Origin: Candidatus Nomurabacteria bacterium
Lineage (GTDB): Bacteria > Patescibacteriota > Minisyncoccia > Phycocordibacterales > CAIJYI01
Length of the DNA stretch: 64,000 nucleotides
NCBI GenBank assembly: GCA_943356445.1
Contig: CALREZ010000001.1
Coordinates: 15,818 to 79,817, forward strand
Direction: 5' to 3'
In this document: in pieces, positions 30,365 through 40,181 of the stretch
Position numbering within the stretch: position 1 is the stretch's first letter
Layout: every line of letters starts with the position of its first letter
Notes under the pieces: generated by a model
Told to the model about the DNA's origin: nothing
The model's database searches: none
What the model saw: the letters and a program-made list of their open reading frames with translations, nothing else
Program-made: the position numbers and the translations under genes

Positions 30365-31309
30365 CTATTTCTGACAAGCAGAATAACTTTTTTTTGATAC
30401 TTGGTCAATATTAAAATTATGGTAGTCTTTTTTCATTTCATTTAATCCGTCAAAAACACTGAGGCCTTGACCCAGCGTTTTTTTAAAAAACGAAGTGTTT
30501 AAGGACGTGTTTTTTGGTCGAGCGATATTTGATTGAATATCATTGGAAGAAATCGGTTTTACTTTGTTCGTCTCATAAGAAAAAGCGTCTGCAAGCAATT
30601 TCAAGAAAAAATATTTGCTTAAAACCTCTTCCGAACCGATATTTAAAATTCCGGAGATTTTTTTCTTTTCTAAAATATGTTTAAGCGTCCGTGCAAGCTG
30701 TTTTGTGTAAACGGGATTAAAAAAAGAATCAGTAAAACCATTTATTGTTTTTTTGTTTTTCCAGTTTTGAAGCGCCCATTCAGCTATGGCATTTCGCGGA
30801 GGGATATGAAAACCGAAGATATGAGTGCGGATGACCAGTGAGCCTTTGTCTGCAGAAAGTACACTCTTTTCGGCTTCAAGTTTGCTTTTTGAATAAACAT
30901 TTAACGGGTGTGTCGGTTCCGTTTCTCTGTAATTTCCTATTTTTCCGTCAAAGAGCGAATCGGTTGAAATGTATATAAATTTTGTATGTTTGTTTTTTGT
31001 TTCAGTCAAAACCTTTGTCGCTTTTACATTGACGAGATTCGCTTCTTTTTTGTTTATTTCACAGAATCCGACATCCACTAGCGCAGCACAGTGAATAATA
31101 ATATCGGGGTGGATATCCTCAAGAATTTTTTTTATTTTTTCGGAGTCTTTTAAGTTGGCAGTGATATAATGAACCAAAGGAATTTTCTTGAAACCATCAT
31201 TTTTTATCAGTCCAAAAACGGCATATTTCTTGTCTTCGCTGAAGATTTTCGTCATATCACGGCCAAGCATCCCGCCAGCGCCTGTAATCAGTACTTTTTT
31301 TGGGGCCAT
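30365..31309 (-). CDS. RmlD-like NAD(P)-dependent sugar-nucleotide reductase
   Basis: 314 aa. KVLITGAGGMLGRD Rossmann motif and YSKSKLEAE (YxxxK). The size and organisation fit the dTDP-4-dehydrorhamnose reductase substrate-binding family. Confidence 0.65.
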   Translation of the reverse strand: MAPKKVLITGAGGMLGRDMTKIFSEDKKYAVFGLIKNDGFKKIPLVHYITANLKDSEKIKKILEDIHPDIIIHCAALVDVGFCEINKKEANLVNVKATKVLTETKNKHTKFIYISTDSLFDGKIGNYRETEPTHPLNVYSKSKLEAEKSVLSADKGSLVIRTHIFGFHIPPRNAIAEWALQNWKNKKTINGFTDSFFNPVYTKQLARTLKHILEKKKISGILNIGSEEVLSKYFFLKLLADAFSYETNKVKPISSNDIQSNIARPKNTSLNTSFFKKTLGQGLSVFDGLNEMKKDYHNFNIDQVSKKSYSACQK

Positions 31310-31311
31310 TA

Positions 31312-32295
31312 TTATTCCGTTACTAGTTTTTTAATCTCATCTTTTGTCAGCCAAATATCATTTTTATCACTGGTATAACTGAACCCTGCTTTTACTTTTT
31401 TCCCTTTCGCATAATATTTTTTATAGAGACCTTCATTAAAACTGATGTCCGGAAGGATCATAAAGTAATCGCCAAGGGAATAGGTGTTGATATCGTTCTC
31501 TGTAATGAGTATTTCGTGCATTTTTTCTCCTGGTCGGAGTCCGATTATTTTTTTCTTTGCCTTTGGAGCAATTGCATCAAAAAGGTCGCCGATTTTCATA
31601 CTTGGAATCTTTGGAACGAATATCTCCCGTCCTTCCATGTTTTTGAGCGCAAAAAGTACGAGTTGAAAACTTTGAGGGAGAGCAAGCCAGAAACGCGTCA
31701 TATCCGGATTCGTAACATCGACTGTTTTTATATTTTCTCCGTTTTTTAGGATTGTTTCTATTATACTGCCTCTTGAACCGATTACATTACCGTAGCGCAC
31801 AACACTAAAAGGTATTTTGTCCCCAGAATACATGTTCGCGGAGCAAAAAAGTTTTTCAGCGGCGAGTTTGGTTGAACCGTAGAGGTTGATGGGGTAAACC
31901 GCTTTGTCTGTCGATATGAGAACGGCTTTGCCTACCTTTTGGTCCAAAGCTGCTTCTATCACATTTTGCGTACCAATAATATTGGTTTTTACCGCTTCAA
32001 AAGGATTATATTCCATCGCTGGGACTTGTTTTAGCGCTGCGGCATGGACAATGACATCTACCCCAGAAAAAGCGCGTTGAAGTCGGGGGAGATCGCGAAT
32101 ATCTCCTATGAAGAACCGAATGCGAGAGTCTTTTATTTCCTGTTGCATTTGATGCTGTTTGAATTCATCGCGGCTGAAGATAATGACTTTTTTAGGATTG
32201 CATTTTGCTAAAACAAATTTTGCAAAATTTTTTCCGAAAGAGCCGGTTCCCCCAGTAATGAGCACGGTTTTTCCCTTAAGAGTTGTTTCGTTCAT
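31312..32295 (-). CDS. UDP-N-acetylglucosamine 4,6-dehydratase (PseB/FlaA1/CapE-like short form)
   Basis: 327 aa. GKTVLITGGTGSFGKNF ... IIFSRDEFKQHQM is characteristic of inverting UDP-GlcNAc 4,6-dehydratases. Confidence 0.75.
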   Translation of the reverse strand: MNETTLKGKTVLITGGTGSFGKNFAKFVLAKCNPKKVIIFSRDEFKQHQMQQEIKDSRIRFFIGDIRDLPRLQRAFSGVDVIVHAAALKQVPAMEYNPFEAVKTNIIGTQNVIEAALDQKVGKAVLISTDKAVYPINLYGSTKLAAEKLFCSANMYSGDKIPFSVVRYGNVIGSRGSIIETILKNGENIKTVDVTNPDMTRFWLALPQSFQLVLFALKNMEGREIFVPKIPSMKIGDLFDAIAPKAKKKIIGLRPGEKMHEILITENDINTYSLGDYFMILPDISFNEGLYKKYYAKGKKVKAGFSYTSDKNDIWLTKDEIKKLVTE

Positions 32296-32362
32296 GATAT
32301 TTTTATAGGTGTTAGGTTTTTCTGCCGTTTTACTTTATGATATTTTGAAATGTAATGCAAAT

Positions 32363-33430
32363 TTAGTCTTTTGTAAGGTTTAATACTTTTGTTATTGTTT
32401 CAGCGAAATTCTCAGGGAGAAACTTTTTGTATTTTTCGCTTTGAAGGAAGCGTTCTATCGCACAGAGATACTCGTTGTATCTTTCTTCCGTAACGGAAAA
32501 GAGATAATCGGCCAGTTCCTTTTCGTTTTTGAATTTTCTTCGGTCTATAAAAACATCCTCGTCAATATAATCGGCAACATTCGGCGCTCCAAGATATATT
32601 GGCACTGTTTTTGCCGCAAGGGCATCAAAAATCTTTTCAGTGATATAGCCGTTTTGTTCCGTGTTCTCGTAGCACAAAGCAAATTTGTATTGAGAAAGCG
32701 TATTAATCTTATTTGGAACCTCGCCTTGAAATTTTTTGTATTTTTTGACCAGCCAAGGAATTCTTTTTTGCCACTTTGTTATCGGTTGGTTCCAGTATAT
32801 GCCAAACAAATCGAAATGTTCGGGGTAATTGGCATCAAAATACGTTATGGTATTTCTCCTGGCCGTATATAGTTCCAGCGGAAGAGAAGATGTTTTATTT
32901 GTTATGATGTTTACTAAAAATTTTCTCTCAGAAAACGTTCGGTTATTTCGTATTGGTTTTGATGTTGCGGAAGGATGATGAACCTTAAAAAATTTTTTGT
33001 TGTCAATAATGTCGTCATCCCAAGTTAAAATACGGTTGAAATGTTTCCATAGAGCCGGGTCGTAGTTGCGCGGGCAAATGACTTTTCCTTCCATGATTAA
33101 AAAAACAAGTTTATCGGACATGGATAATTTTTCCGCTTCTGTGACAAGCTCTCTTTTCGGCCATATTTGCGGGAGTTTTAATCCGAGGATTTTTTTTAAT
33201 CGCCATTTCCACGATTTTTTGTGCTCGTTGGAAACGCTTTCGGCGTTAAGAAAAAGGATCCACCCGCACCCTTCCACGGAATTGCTGTCTGCGGTCGTAA
33301 ATTCATACCCGAGGAACTGAAGTTTATCGCGAAGCATGCGCCATGTTTCGGTGACGTTATTTATATCCGGGCCGAACATCCTGTTATTGCCGAGGGGGCG
33401 GCTTGGAACCTGAAGAAGTATTTTTTTCAT
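32363..33430 (-). CDS. alpha-1,3-fucosyltransferase (GT10)
   Basis: QYKFALCYENTEQNGYITEKIFDALAAKTVPIYLGAPN matches the GT10 FucT motif (YKFxLxFENS ... GYxTEK). Start set at MKKILL, overlapping the upstream stop by 4 bp. Confidence 0.7.
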   Translation of the reverse strand: MKKILLQVPSRPLGNNRMFGPDINNVTETWRMLRDKLQFLGYEFTTADSNSVEGCGWILFLNAESVSNEHKKSWKWRLKKILGLKLPQIWPKRELVTEAEKLSMSDKLVFLIMEGKVICPRNYDPALWKHFNRILTWDDDIIDNKKFFKVHHPSATSKPIRNNRTFSERKFLVNIITNKTSSLPLELYTARRNTITYFDANYPEHFDLFGIYWNQPITKWQKRIPWLVKKYKKFQGEVPNKINTLSQYKFALCYENTEQNGYITEKIFDALAAKTVPIYLGAPNVADYIDEDVFIDRRKFKNEKELADYLFSVTEERYNEYLCAIERFLQSEKYKKFLPENFAETITKVLNLTKD

Positions 33431-34299
33431 TGGTTTGTTTTGAACGCGCTTTTTATCTGACGGTAGATCTTTTCCCCGAAAAGATGTTTTAAAAACTTTT
33501 TGAAACGCAGTAACTCCCATCGTATTTTGTTTTGGGATTTGAACCAAAAATGTTTGATCCATGAAATGACAAAAAACAAGAAGGCTTGAACCTTACGAGG
33601 AAATTTTTTCAGAAGAGCGTTACGGAATAAGAGGAATTCAGAAAAGGGAAGCATCGTCTGCAATTTTTTAACAATCATAGGCATGGCGCTTTGCGAAAGA
33701 TGAGCTCCGTCTAAAAAGTACTGTTGTTTTGTATCATCGTTGGGGTTTAGGAGTTCATTCAGTATTGAAAGTACGCGGATGTTTCTATTTTTTGCTTCTT
33801 CCAGCAGCTTCTCGTTGAATTCTTTTTTTAATCGGTTTATTTCTCTGTCGTCGGCATCATCCGGATATTTTTCACGACCGGAAAATCTCGAAACGATGAG
33901 AGGCGAAGACCCTAAAAGAATTACCTCATATCCCATGTTTTTTATCTCGGTGATGGCGGAAAAATACCTTTCCAAAACGTCATCAATCATTTTTTCTATG
34001 CTTTCGTTTTGATGCGATACGTGCTTCATGAGATATATCATACGGCAATCCAGTTCGCCGAAAGACAAAAGAACAAGATCTTTTTTATCTATTTTTTCAA
34101 GTATTTTGAACAGGATTTCACGATCGTGAGACTTGGCGCTTTCTTTGTATAAATTGTATGCCAAAGATGGCCCAGTAAAATATGTCTTAAACGACGGGAT
34201 TTTATTTACTGTTTTTGCCGGCCATATCGGATAAAGAAAATTTGTTCCGGAGAAGACGTGGACGTGGCTATCGCCGACGCAGTGTATCGTTCTAACCAT
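33427..34299 (-). CDS. SGNH/GDSL-hydrolase family protein
   Basis: 290 aa. Block I CVGDSHV, block III GSSPL, block V DGAHLS (DxxH). Possible glycan O-acyl esterase or transferase. Confidence 0.5.
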   Translation of the reverse strand: MVRTIHCVGDSHVHVFSGTNFLYPIWPAKTVNKIPSFKTYFTGPSLAYNLYKESAKSHDREILFKILEKIDKKDLVLLSFGELDCRMIYLMKHVSHQNESIEKMIDDVLERYFSAITEIKNMGYEVILLGSSPLIVSRFSGREKYPDDADDREINRLKKEFNEKLLEEAKNRNIRVLSILNELLNPNDDTKQQYFLDGAHLSQSAMPMIVKKLQTMLPFSEFLLFRNALLKKFPRKVQAFLFFVISWIKHFWFKSQNKIRWELLRFKKFLKHLFGEKIYRQIKSAFKTNQ

Positions 34300-34315
34300 T
34301 TTTAGAATTAAGATA

Positions 34316-35599
34316 TTATTCGCTTGAAAGAGATTCGATTTTCCAATCGCAATTTGTAAGCACGGCGCAGTGAGCTAAACCGTATTTTCCGTAAGGTGAC
34401 ATTGGCGTTCTTCCGTTATCCGCAATAGTGAAACTCAACACGTCGGGACAATGATCTATGTTTTTTGAACCTCGTACATGCGCCGCGACAAGAAGCGTAT
34501 AGATGCTCGGCATAAGAAAATTTCCCCTAACCCCGGAAACCACTGAGTATTTTCCCGTTGGCAGATGTTCAAACTCACCTTTATTTTTTTCGGAAAGACT
34601 TGTGAAGATCACATTCATTCCCTCGCTGTTTTTGAGTCCGAAACTTATTTCTGCGTTGTTTGTCTCTTTTTGTACGGAAAATTCAGCGCAAATTTTGAAA
34701 TTCTTTGATACGTCTATTATGTCAGTCGCCACGCCGTTTTCATCCGCTATCCAAGCTTTTGTGAAAGTTACATCTTTGTTGAGATCCGGTTTTAATTCAA
34801 CCCCTTGCGTGGTCATTTCTTCCAGGTATTGTTTTATGATTTCGTTGGTATCACCGGCTGCTTTGATTTCTCCTTTCTGCAAAAGAATTGTTTTGGTGCA
34901 CAAGCTTTGAATGGCGGCGAGATTATGGCTGACAAAAAGAATGGTGCGCCCGTCTTGTTTAGTTACCTCATCCATTTTTCCCAGGCATTTTTTTTGAAAT
35001 TCCGCGTCTCCAACCGCAAGCACTTCATCGATAATAAGGATATCGGGCTCCATGTGGGCTGCGACAGAAAAGGCGAGACGGACATACATTCCGCTGGAAT
35101 AGTATTTTACCGGCGTATCCAAAAACTGAGCAATTCCCGCAAATTCAACGATGCGATCAAACTTCTCCGCCACTTCCTTTCTCTCCATCCCCAGAATGGC
35201 GCCGTTTAAGAAAATGTTTTCTCTCCCGGTAAGTTCCGGGTGGAAACCTGTACCTACCTCAAGAAGACTGCCGACTTTTCCTTTGATCTTCACCTCTCCC
35301 GTTGTCGGCGGGGTAATCTGCGAGAGTATTTTAAGCAATGTTGATTTCCCGGAACCGTTCGGCCCGATGATCCCAACTATTTCTCCCTTTTTGATATCAA
35401 TGTTTACATTCTTCAGTGCCCAGAATTCTTCTTTGACATCAATGCCGGCAAGCTGCTTTGCTTTGAATTTAAGAAAGGCAAAAGGAGCCCGGAAGACGTT
35501 TGCAATAACATCTCTGAGCGCTATATATCCGCCGCGGTGATGATTGATATTATACCGTTTACCGAGGCCTTTTATCTCTATGATGGTTGGTTGTTCCAT
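34316..35599 (-). CDS. wzt: polysaccharide ABC exporter ATP-binding protein with C-terminal extension (Wzt-like)
   Basis: 427 aa. Walker A GIIGPNGSGKST, ABC signature YSSGMYVRLAFS, Walker B ILIIDE. About 170 extra C-terminal residues, as in Wzt carbohydrate-binding domains. Confidence 0.85.
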   Translation of the reverse strand: MEQPTIIEIKGLGKRYNINHHRGGYIALRDVIANVFRAPFAFLKFKAKQLAGIDVKEEFWALKNVNIDIKKGEIVGIIGPNGSGKSTLLKILSQITPPTTGEVKIKGKVGSLLEVGTGFHPELTGRENIFLNGAILGMERKEVAEKFDRIVEFAGIAQFLDTPVKYYSSGMYVRLAFSVAAHMEPDILIIDEVLAVGDAEFQKKCLGKMDEVTKQDGRTILFVSHNLAAIQSLCTKTILLQKGEIKAAGDTNEIIKQYLEEMTTQGVELKPDLNKDVTFTKAWIADENGVATDIIDVSKNFKICAEFSVQKETNNAEISFGLKNSEGMNVIFTSLSEKNKGEFEHLPTGKYSVVSGVRGNFLMPSIYTLLVAAHVRGSKNIDHCPDVLSFTIADNGRTPMSPYGKYGLAHCAVLTNCDWKIESLSSE

Positions 35600-35603
35600 G
35601 AAA

Positions 35604-36422
35604 TTATATTATATCCGCAAAGTATCGCTCTGTTTTTTTAAACATGACGATACCGATAGCAAGGAGAACAGAAGTCGCCACGAAAGAAATGAATATAAGA
35701 AGGCCGTTTATTTTTGCTGTGCCCAAAAGAGCCGCACGCGCATTCTGGATCACTCCGGTCATTGGATTTATAGCAAGTATCCATGAGTATTTTCCGGCGA
35801 TACTGGCCGGGTAAATGACAGGGGTCAAGAACATTAACATTTGAATAAAATAAGGAAGAATATAACGGACGTCGCGATATTTTACATTGATTGCGGCAAG
35901 GAAAAGCCCCAGACCGACGGCTGCCATAAAACAAATGATAAGAAGGATCGGAAGGACGAGAATTCCCAACAGGTTGGGATGATATCCGTAATAGATCATC
36001 ATCCCCACGAGAATCGTCGCGGCGATGGCGAAATCAACCAATTGGGTAATAACCGAAGTGATCGGGAGAATGAGGCGAGGAAAATACACTTTGGTAATAA
36101 TGGATTGATTGGCTATCAAGCATGAGCTGGTGCTGGAAAGCGCGCTGGAAAAAAATTGCCAAAAGAGCAATCCCGTGTAAACGAAAATCGGATAGGGAAC
36201 TCCATCAGAGGGCATTTTTGCGAGTTTTCCGAAAAAGATGGTAAAGACCACCATGGTCATGAATGGTTGGAAGATCGCCCACGCCGCCCCGAGAGCGGTC
36301 TGTTTGTACCTAACCTTCAGGTCTCTCCATGTGAAAAAATAGAGCAATTCTTTGTATTGCCAAATTTCACGAAGATCATTCCATCTAAAGATTTTTTTTG
36401 GTTTGATTATCGTCGTTTGCAT
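35604..36422 (-). CDS. wzm: ABC-2 type polysaccharide exporter permease (Wzm-like)
   Basis: 272 aa, 6 TM segments, an ABC-2 family pattern, adjacent to wzt. Confidence 0.8.
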   Translation of the reverse strand: MQTTIIKPKKIFRWNDLREIWQYKELLYFFTWRDLKVRYKQTALGAAWAIFQPFMTMVVFTIFFGKLAKMPSDGVPYPIFVYTGLLFWQFFSSALSSTSSCLIANQSIITKVYFPRLILPITSVITQLVDFAIAATILVGMMIYYGYHPNLLGILVLPILLIICFMAAVGLGLFLAAINVKYRDVRYILPYFIQMLMFLTPVIYPASIAGKYSWILAINPMTGVIQNARAALLGTAKINGLLIFISFVATSVLLAIGIVMFKKTERYFADII

Positions 36423-36559
36423 GTCATTATATCTTACGTTATTTTAGGGATTTTTTCCAGTGGGAATGCTCGCTTTTTATAGAACTGTTAAAAACACAAA
36501 AAGTTACCGGAAAGGCGGGGATTGAAAAGGGCCGGCGCTTCCTGTAATATAATGGACAT

Positions 36560-36916
36560 ATGACAGTAAAAGGGGTCGGTATTGATATTGCGGAGGTCAA
36601 AAAATTTGCTTCTTTTAAGAAAAACGGGGAAGACCGATTTTTGTCTAATAATTTCACCGAAAAAGAGTTGGAATACTGTTTCTCTTTTGCGGATTCAAGT
36701 ATTCATCTCGCGGCAACTTTTGCCGCGAAGGAGGCGGTGTGGAAAGCTTTTGGGAGGGCCGATATGCTTCAGTCAGCGATTGAGGTCAGGCGGAATGGCT
36801 CAGGGTATCCGACAGTGTGGATAAAAAACCGGCCGCAAAAATCTATTTTACTTTCTATAAGTCACACAACGGAAACAGCCGTCGCCGTCGCAATTATGAC
36901 GAATAGAAAAAAATAA
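36560..36916 (+). CDS. acpS: holo-[acyl-carrier-protein] synthase (4'-phosphopantetheinyl transferase)
   Basis: 118 aa. GVGIDIAEV ... FAAKEAVWKAF are AcpS motifs. Confidence 0.85.
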   Translation: MTVKGVGIDIAEVKKFASFKKNGEDRFLSNNFTEKELEYCFSFADSSIHLAATFAAKEAVWKAFGRADMLQSAIEVRRNGSGYPTVWIKNRPQKSILLSISHTTETAVAVAIMTNRKK

Positions 36917-37000
36917 AAATAGAAAAATTACAAAAATATAACCGCTTTGGCAATCTTTCCATTTTTCTGTTTTCTTATTTTTTATATTATTATTTTATTT

Positions 37001-38044
37001 ATGAATACAAAAAAATGCATTGTGCTTGATTTGGATAATACTCTCTGGGGAGGGATTGTCGGGGAAGATGGATTTGATGGAATACAGCTTTCTTTATCTC
37101 ATCCGGGTTCAAGTTTTATTGCTTTTCAACAAGCTCTTTTGGATCTCTATAATCGTGGAATTATTCTGGCGGTAAATAGCCGAAATAATTTTGAAGACGC
37201 GATGAAGGTAATCCGTACTCATCCGAATATGATCCTGAAAGAACTTCACTTTGCGGCGATGCGCATCAACTGGAACGATAAGGCCGCGAATATCGTTGAA
37301 CTGGCAAAAGAACTCAATATCGGACTGGACTCCATGGTGTTTTTTGATGATGACCCGACTAATCGTGCGACCGTTCGAGCCATGGTCCCCTCTGTGGAAG
37401 TTCCCGAACTTCCCGCAAGTCCTGAAGAATACGCAAAATTCCTTCTTTCCCTCCCATATTTTCCGAGCGCGGCGATAACGGATGAAGATAAAATGCGCGG
37501 GAGTCTGTATGTAACGGAACGGTTGCGTCAAGAAGCGGAAAAGTCATTCCCGAGCAAAGAAGAGTTTTTAAAAAATCTCGGATTGGAACTTCATATTCTG
37601 GAAGATGATCCGACCTCTATTGCTCGCCTTGCTCAGATGACAGGAAAAACCAATCAGTTCAATGTAAACAAAATCCCCATGACGGAAGAAGAAATGACAG
37701 GCTTTATGGAACATCCCGAATACAAAGTATTTCACGGGCATGTTGCCGATCGTTTCGGTGAACATGGCATTACGAACTTGGCGATTGTGAAAAAAAATGG
37801 CGAGAATTGGAACATAGAACATTTCCTTATGAGTTGTCGGGTAATCGGTCGGGGAATAGAAGATGCTTTTTTGACGGCCATTGCTGGTGTCGCGAAAAAA
37901 GAGGGAGTGAAGCGTCTCGCGGTTACTTTTATCCCTACGGAAAAAAACGCGCCGGCTCAAGAATTTATCAATCGGCGTTTTATCAATAACGAAACAATGG
38001 TGGAAGATACTCCTTCCTCTCCGGAGTGGATTACGATCAAATAA
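37001..38044 (+). CDS. HAD-IIIC family phosphatase, FkbH-like
   Basis: CIVLDLDNTLWGG is HAD motif I DxDxT with the FkbH-like LWGG. The size and C-terminal region fit the FkbH-like domain. Start at ATG 37001. Confidence 0.75.
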   Translation: MNTKKCIVLDLDNTLWGGIVGEDGFDGIQLSLSHPGSSFIAFQQALLDLYNRGIILAVNSRNNFEDAMKVIRTHPNMILKELHFAAMRINWNDKAANIVELAKELNIGLDSMVFFDDDPTNRATVRAMVPSVEVPELPASPEEYAKFLLSLPYFPSAAITDEDKMRGSLYVTERLRQEAEKSFPSKEEFLKNLGLELHILEDDPTSIARLAQMTGKTNQFNVNKIPMTEEEMTGFMEHPEYKVFHGHVADRFGEHGITNLAIVKKNGENWNIEHFLMSCRVIGRGIEDAFLTAIAGVAKKEGVKRLAVTFIPTEKNAPAQEFINRRFINNETMVEDTPSSPEWITIK

Positions 38045-38045
38045 T

Positions 38046-38276
38046 ATGGAAAAATTTAATGAAATGGCGGGCGAAGCTTTTAAAATGTCGCCATCTGAAG
38101 TAAAAGATTCTTTGACTCCGAAAGATATACCTGAGTGGGATTCCATGAACTTTCTTCTGTTTATTGCCGCTTTGGAGAAGGAATTTAATTTCTCATTCAG
38201 TATGGACGAAGTGCTAAACGCAAAATCGCTTGGCGATATAAAAGCGGTATTGAAGGGTAAAGGGTTGATTGCATGA
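38046..38276 (+). CDS. acyl carrier protein
   Basis: 76 aa. WDSMNFLLFIAALEKEF carries the DSL/M phosphopantetheine-attachment serine context. Confidence 0.7.
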   Translation: MEKFNEMAGEAFKMSPSEVKDSLTPKDIPEWDSMNFLLFIAALEKEFNFSFSMDEVLNAKSLGDIKAVLKGKGLIA

Positions 38277-38692
38277 TTGCGAAAGATTTAAAATTTGAGG
38301 ATATTAAAAAGGGGGATTCTTCTTCTTTTGAAGTAACGATAACAGAAAGCGACATACAAAAATTCGCTGAACTTTCCGGTGATTATAATCCGCTTCATGT
38401 TGATGAAGAATATGCAAATGAAACGGAATTTGTCGGGAGGGTCGTTCACGGAATGTTTCTCGGATCATTGGTTTCTCGTTTTGTCGGAATGGAACTGCCC
38501 GGGAAAAAAGCTCTCTTGTTGAAAGAAACGCTTGAGTTTAAAAAACCGGCAAGAATCGGCGACCGTATTATTGTGAAGGGGGCTGTCGTCTATAAAAGCG
38601 AACCGCTTCGCCTTATAGAACTTTTAATGGAAATACGCACGGAAAAAGAATTGCTCGTTTCCGGTTCCGTGTATGCAGGGGTTTTACTATAA
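38273..38692 (+). CDS. MaoC-like (R)-specific dehydratase, hot-dog fold
   Basis: 139 aa. DYNPLHVDEEYA ... GRVVHGM is the MaoC dehydratase motif. Confidence 0.75.
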   Translation: MIAKDLKFEDIKKGDSSSFEVTITESDIQKFAELSGDYNPLHVDEEYANETEFVGRVVHGMFLGSLVSRFVGMELPGKKALLLKETLEFKKPARIGDRIIVKGAVVYKSEPLRLIELLMEIRTEKELLVSGSVYAGVLL

Positions 38693-38699
38693 ATAAAAA

Positions 38700-39458
38700 A
38701 TGAATGCCACTCAAAAGATTGCGGTAATATCCGGTGCAACGGGATACATCGGATACGAAACAGCAAAAAAACTTGCGGCTGACGGCATGCGTATAGCGAT
38801 GCTTTACTATGGTTTATCAAAGGAGGATGCTATTCGTATGGTTTCTGAACTTTCAGGAGAAGGACATAATGCTTATTTTTGCGATATTTCGGATGAAAAC
38901 GCCGTTACTCAGGTTATTGATAGGATAGAACAAGAAATGGGCCATTTATATGCGTGTATTCACGCCGCCGGAACGCTGCCGAAGCCAAAACAACTTCACC
39001 TTTCTTCCCCTGCTGATTTGGATGAACAGTTTAAGGTGAATATATTTGGGACTTTTAATTTTTTGTCGTCTTGCGCAAGGCGCCTCAAAGAACACAAAGA
39101 CGGGGTGATTATTGGAATTACCACCGCAGGTGTCGTTACTCCAATCAACACAAAAGCTCGCGGAGCTTACAGCGTGCTGAAGTTCGCTCTTCAAGGGATG
39201 CTCGTTGCGCTCAAAGAAGAACTTTCTTCTTTTGGCATCCGAGTATATTCTATTGCTCCGGGCGTATTACCTGGAGGGCTGAATCGCGATACCCCGAAAG
39301 CATTTCTTGAAATAACGAGAAGTACGAGCCCGACAAAAACGCTTGCTGCGGCAGAAGATGTGGCAGAAAAAATATCTTCTCTTTGTTTGGAAACGGCGAA
39401 TGGAATATCAGAGTTCACATTTTTAATCGCGCCGGAGACCGGTATAATGCCGAAATAG
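38700..39458 (+). CDS. SDR family oxidoreductase
   Basis: 252 aa. ISGATGYIGYETAKKLA Rossmann motif, YSVLKFAL (YxxxK) and NAAG-like IHAAG. Confidence 0.8.
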   Translation: MNATQKIAVISGATGYIGYETAKKLAADGMRIAMLYYGLSKEDAIRMVSELSGEGHNAYFCDISDENAVTQVIDRIEQEMGHLYACIHAAGTLPKPKQLHLSSPADLDEQFKVNIFGTFNFLSSCARRLKEHKDGVIIGITTAGVVTPINTKARGAYSVLKFALQGMLVALKEELSSFGIRVYSIAPGVLPGGLNRDTPKAFLEITRSTSPTKTLAAAEDVAEKISSLCLETANGISEFTFLIAPETGIMPK

Positions 39459-39461
39459 GAT

Positions 39462-40178
39462 ATGGATAGCAAAAGAAAAACAATAATCATTTCCGGCGGA
39501 GGCGGATATTTAGGAAACGCTCTTGTCCGAACGTTTACGAAAAACGGTTTTAATATCATTGTCCTTGAAAGAGAAATAAAAGGATTGTCTGGTACGGAAA
39601 ATCTGCACTTTAAACTCGCTGATGTTTCCAATTTTTATGATGTAAAGAAAGCGGCTGACGAAGTAAAAAAAGAATTTGGAGGGATTTTTGCCATAATCCA
39701 CGCCGCATCGGCTCCCCTTGTCCGCCAGCCGGCGCTTTCTGTTTCTGAAAAAGATTTTGAAAAACAGTTTGCGGTAAATGTTCTTGGGGGTTTTTATCTT
39801 TTTAAGTATTTTAGCGAGATGCTTTCTCCAGACGGTGCCATCATCGGGATAACGACTTCGGCAATCTTTCATGGTACTGCTCATGCAAAAAGCGGTTCAT
39901 ATGTAGCCGCAAAATCGGGGTTGTGGGGATTGCTCCGTTCTATCTCTTTTGAGACTTCATTTCGCGTTTATTCCGTTGCCCCGGCCTTTATGCCGGATGG
40001 GTTGAACAAAGATCTTCCGCTCGCAATAAGAGAATTCATTGTTAAAAAAATCGGCACCAAAAATGTTACGGATGCCGGAGAAGTTTCTCTTACTGCTCTT
40101 TCCCTTGTGAACGACAAAGAGAGAAGGTGGAGCGGAAAGACTATTGCTCTGCCGGGATTTTTGGTAACTGAATTCTAA
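39462..40178 (+). CDS. SDR family oxidoreductase
   Basis: 238 aa. ISGGGGYLGNALVR and YVAAKSGL (YxxxK). Confidence 0.75.
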   Translation: MDSKRKTIIISGGGGYLGNALVRTFTKNGFNIIVLEREIKGLSGTENLHFKLADVSNFYDVKKAADEVKKEFGGIFAIIHAASAPLVRQPALSVSEKDFEKQFAVNVLGGFYLFKYFSEMLSPDGAIIGITTSAIFHGTAHAKSGSYVAAKSGLWGLLRSISFETSFRVYSVAPAFMPDGLNKDLPLAIREFIVKKIGTKNVTDAGEVSLTALSLVNDKERRWSGKTIALPGFLVTEF

Positions 40179-40181
40179 CTT

